The notes under the pieces are model-generated. The model had not been told where the DNA came from, ran no database searches, and saw only the letters and a program-made list of their open reading frames with translations. Both the position numbers and the translations under genes were made by a program. A stretch of DNA of 64,000 nt. Origin: Bacteroidales bacterium (lineage in GTDB: Bacteria > Bacteroidota > Bacteroidia > Bacteroidales > WCHB1-69). The DNA lies in assembly GCA_016288655.1 (NCBI GenBank), contig JAEEKX010000043.1, forward strand, positions 208-64,207, in the 5' to 3' direction. Within the stretch, counting starts at the first letter, position 1; every line of letters begins with the position of its first letter. Shown here piece by piece: positions 63,124-64,000 of the stretch.

Positions 63124-63783
63124 TTAATTGGATGTGGATTCAGAGATGTTCATGGGGATGGCCTTCTTGATGGCTTTGGCCTTCTCTTTGTCGGTGTCGT
63201 CGGAGCTATCATCCAGTACTTTGAAACTCTTGCCGTACTTGTCCTTGGAAAGTTCGTCGCGCAGTTGGTTGATGGCGCGGGAAAGTTCGTTATGCACCTT
63301 GATGTAGGTTTCGTAGGTGGCGTAGTTCTGGCATTCCAAGGAGATGACGCCGTTGGAGATGTCGAAGTTGCCAAAGTCGGCTTCCGGGATGGGAGTGCTC
63401 TTCCTGTCGGGCAGGTTGGGCTCTTTGCGCGGGTTTCCGAAGAATTCGTAGGCCAGTTCGTGCAGTTTGTCAATGTCACCGCCATAGTTGGCTTGGTTGG
63501 AGGCATTCACACCAGTGCGGTTGTCGGACAGCATCACCCAGTTTTCTCCGGTCCATTTAGCACCTTCCACCATGACGATGTTCTTGTTCGTCACCTTGAC
63601 GCGAAGCAGGTTTCTCGTGTTCACCTCAACATCCATCTCTTTGACGTCCTTCGCATATTTCGGCAACTGGCGCATGATACCTTGGTCGCTGGAAATGTTG
63701 GAAGTCAGCAAGAAGAATGTCAAAAGCAGGAACGAGATGTCCGCCGACGAACTGGTGTTGATAGATGGAGTCTTACGTGCCAT
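63124..63783 (-). CDS. exbD: Biopolymer transport protein ExbD/TolR (second paralogue)
   Basis: 219-aa ORF with an ExbD-type N-terminus (SSADISFLLLTFFLLTS). Follows the exbB-like gene. Confidence 0.87.
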   Translation of the reverse strand: MARKTPSINTSSSADISFLLLTFFLLTSNISSDQGIMRQLPKYAKDVKEMDVEVNTRNLLRVKVTNKNIVMVEGAKWTGENWVMLSDNRTGVNASNQANYGGDIDKLHELAYEFFGNPRKEPNLPDRKSTPIPEADFGNFDISNGVISLECQNYATYETYIKVHNELSRAINQLRDELSKDKYGKSFKVLDDSSDDTDKEKAKAIKKAIPMNISESTSN

Positions 63784-63789
63784 GATGTT

Positions 63790-64000
63790 TTATTTACGGT
63801 TTCCAGACTTGACCATGGAGGAGACGAGGTCATAGACCAACAAGCCCAGACCGACCACGGTCAAAACATAGATGAAGTAAGCCACTGCCTCGATGAAGCG
63901 GCCCATAGCCGGGGAGATGGACAGTTTGGCAAAGGCGGCGTTGGTGGCATCCGGCGCTGCAAACAGGTAGCAGAGCAGGGCAACCACAATGACGCCTGCA
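63790..64000 (-). CDS. exbB: MotA/TolQ/ExbB proton-channel protein, C-terminal part only (gene continues beyond the window)
   Basis: The reading frame is open to the window edge. The last TM helix and C-terminus (AVAYFIYVLTVVGLGLLVYDLVSSMVKS) lie upstream of two exbD genes. Confidence 0.8.
   Translation of the reverse strand, partial: AGVIVVALLCYLFAAPDATNAAFAKLSISPAMGRFIEAVAYFIYVLTVVGLGLLVYDLVSSMVKSGNRK

Noticed and set aside
1-64000. A search for CRISPR arrays, IS elements, integrases, toxin-antitoxin pairs, restriction-modification genes or other defence genes.
   Set aside because: I saw no regularly spaced direct repeats, terminal inverted repeats, transposase, recombinase or nuclease/methylase motifs. 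No duplicated tRNA 3' ends flank any segment. The only defence-associated domain type is the WYL regulator, which here neighbours metabolic genes.

Overview
This window looks like a chromosomal, mostly housekeeping segment of a Bacteroidota (Bacteroidales-like) genome. The lineage call rests on four things read from the sequence: TAnnTTTG -7 promoter boxes upstream of most operon-leading genes and all three tRNAs, no Shine-Dalgarno sequences, two T9SS C-terminal sorting domains, and Fib_succ_major (FISUMP) domains.

I call about 52 protein-coding genes and 3 tRNAs (Gln-UUG, Glu-UUC, Gly-CCC). I saw no rRNA, CRISPR array, transposase, integrase or phage module.

Core content:
- Translation, transcription and chaperone genes: ffh, tRNA-Gln/nusA/infB, ychF-rpoN-tcdA, priA, rlmD, dnaK.
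- Cell wall genes: ldcA-like, glmM, dapA, dapB, an M23 peptidase, an Amidase_3/SPOR protein.
- Outer membrane and LPS genes: lptD-like, ECF sigma, acyltransferase, GT9, lpxK.
- Others: lspA, dsbD, exbB-exbD-exbD.

The supplied ORF track renders TTG and GTG starts as M. I re-called several starts using in-frame ATGs, signal peptides and promoter spacing.

Accessory-looking parts:
- A three-gene secreted FISUMP / tail-fibre-like cluster (25.9-30.3 kb).
- A T9SS cargo protein carrying peptidoglycan-hydrolase and CUB domains (14.7-17.9 kb).
- A T9SS M14 carboxypeptidase with a duplicated uncharacterised module that recurs in the FISUMP cluster.
- A WYL-domain regulator next to a zinc-ribbon threonine-synthase-like PLP enzyme, a candidate cysteate synthase (32.6-34.7 kb).

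The best regulatory observation is a full-consensus sigma-54 -24/-12 promoter upstream of dnaK, with an upstream palindrome and no sigma-A box. rpoN itself lies in the same window.

I did not find a convincing self-contained novel defence or mobile system. The findings below are hypotheses with stated tests.
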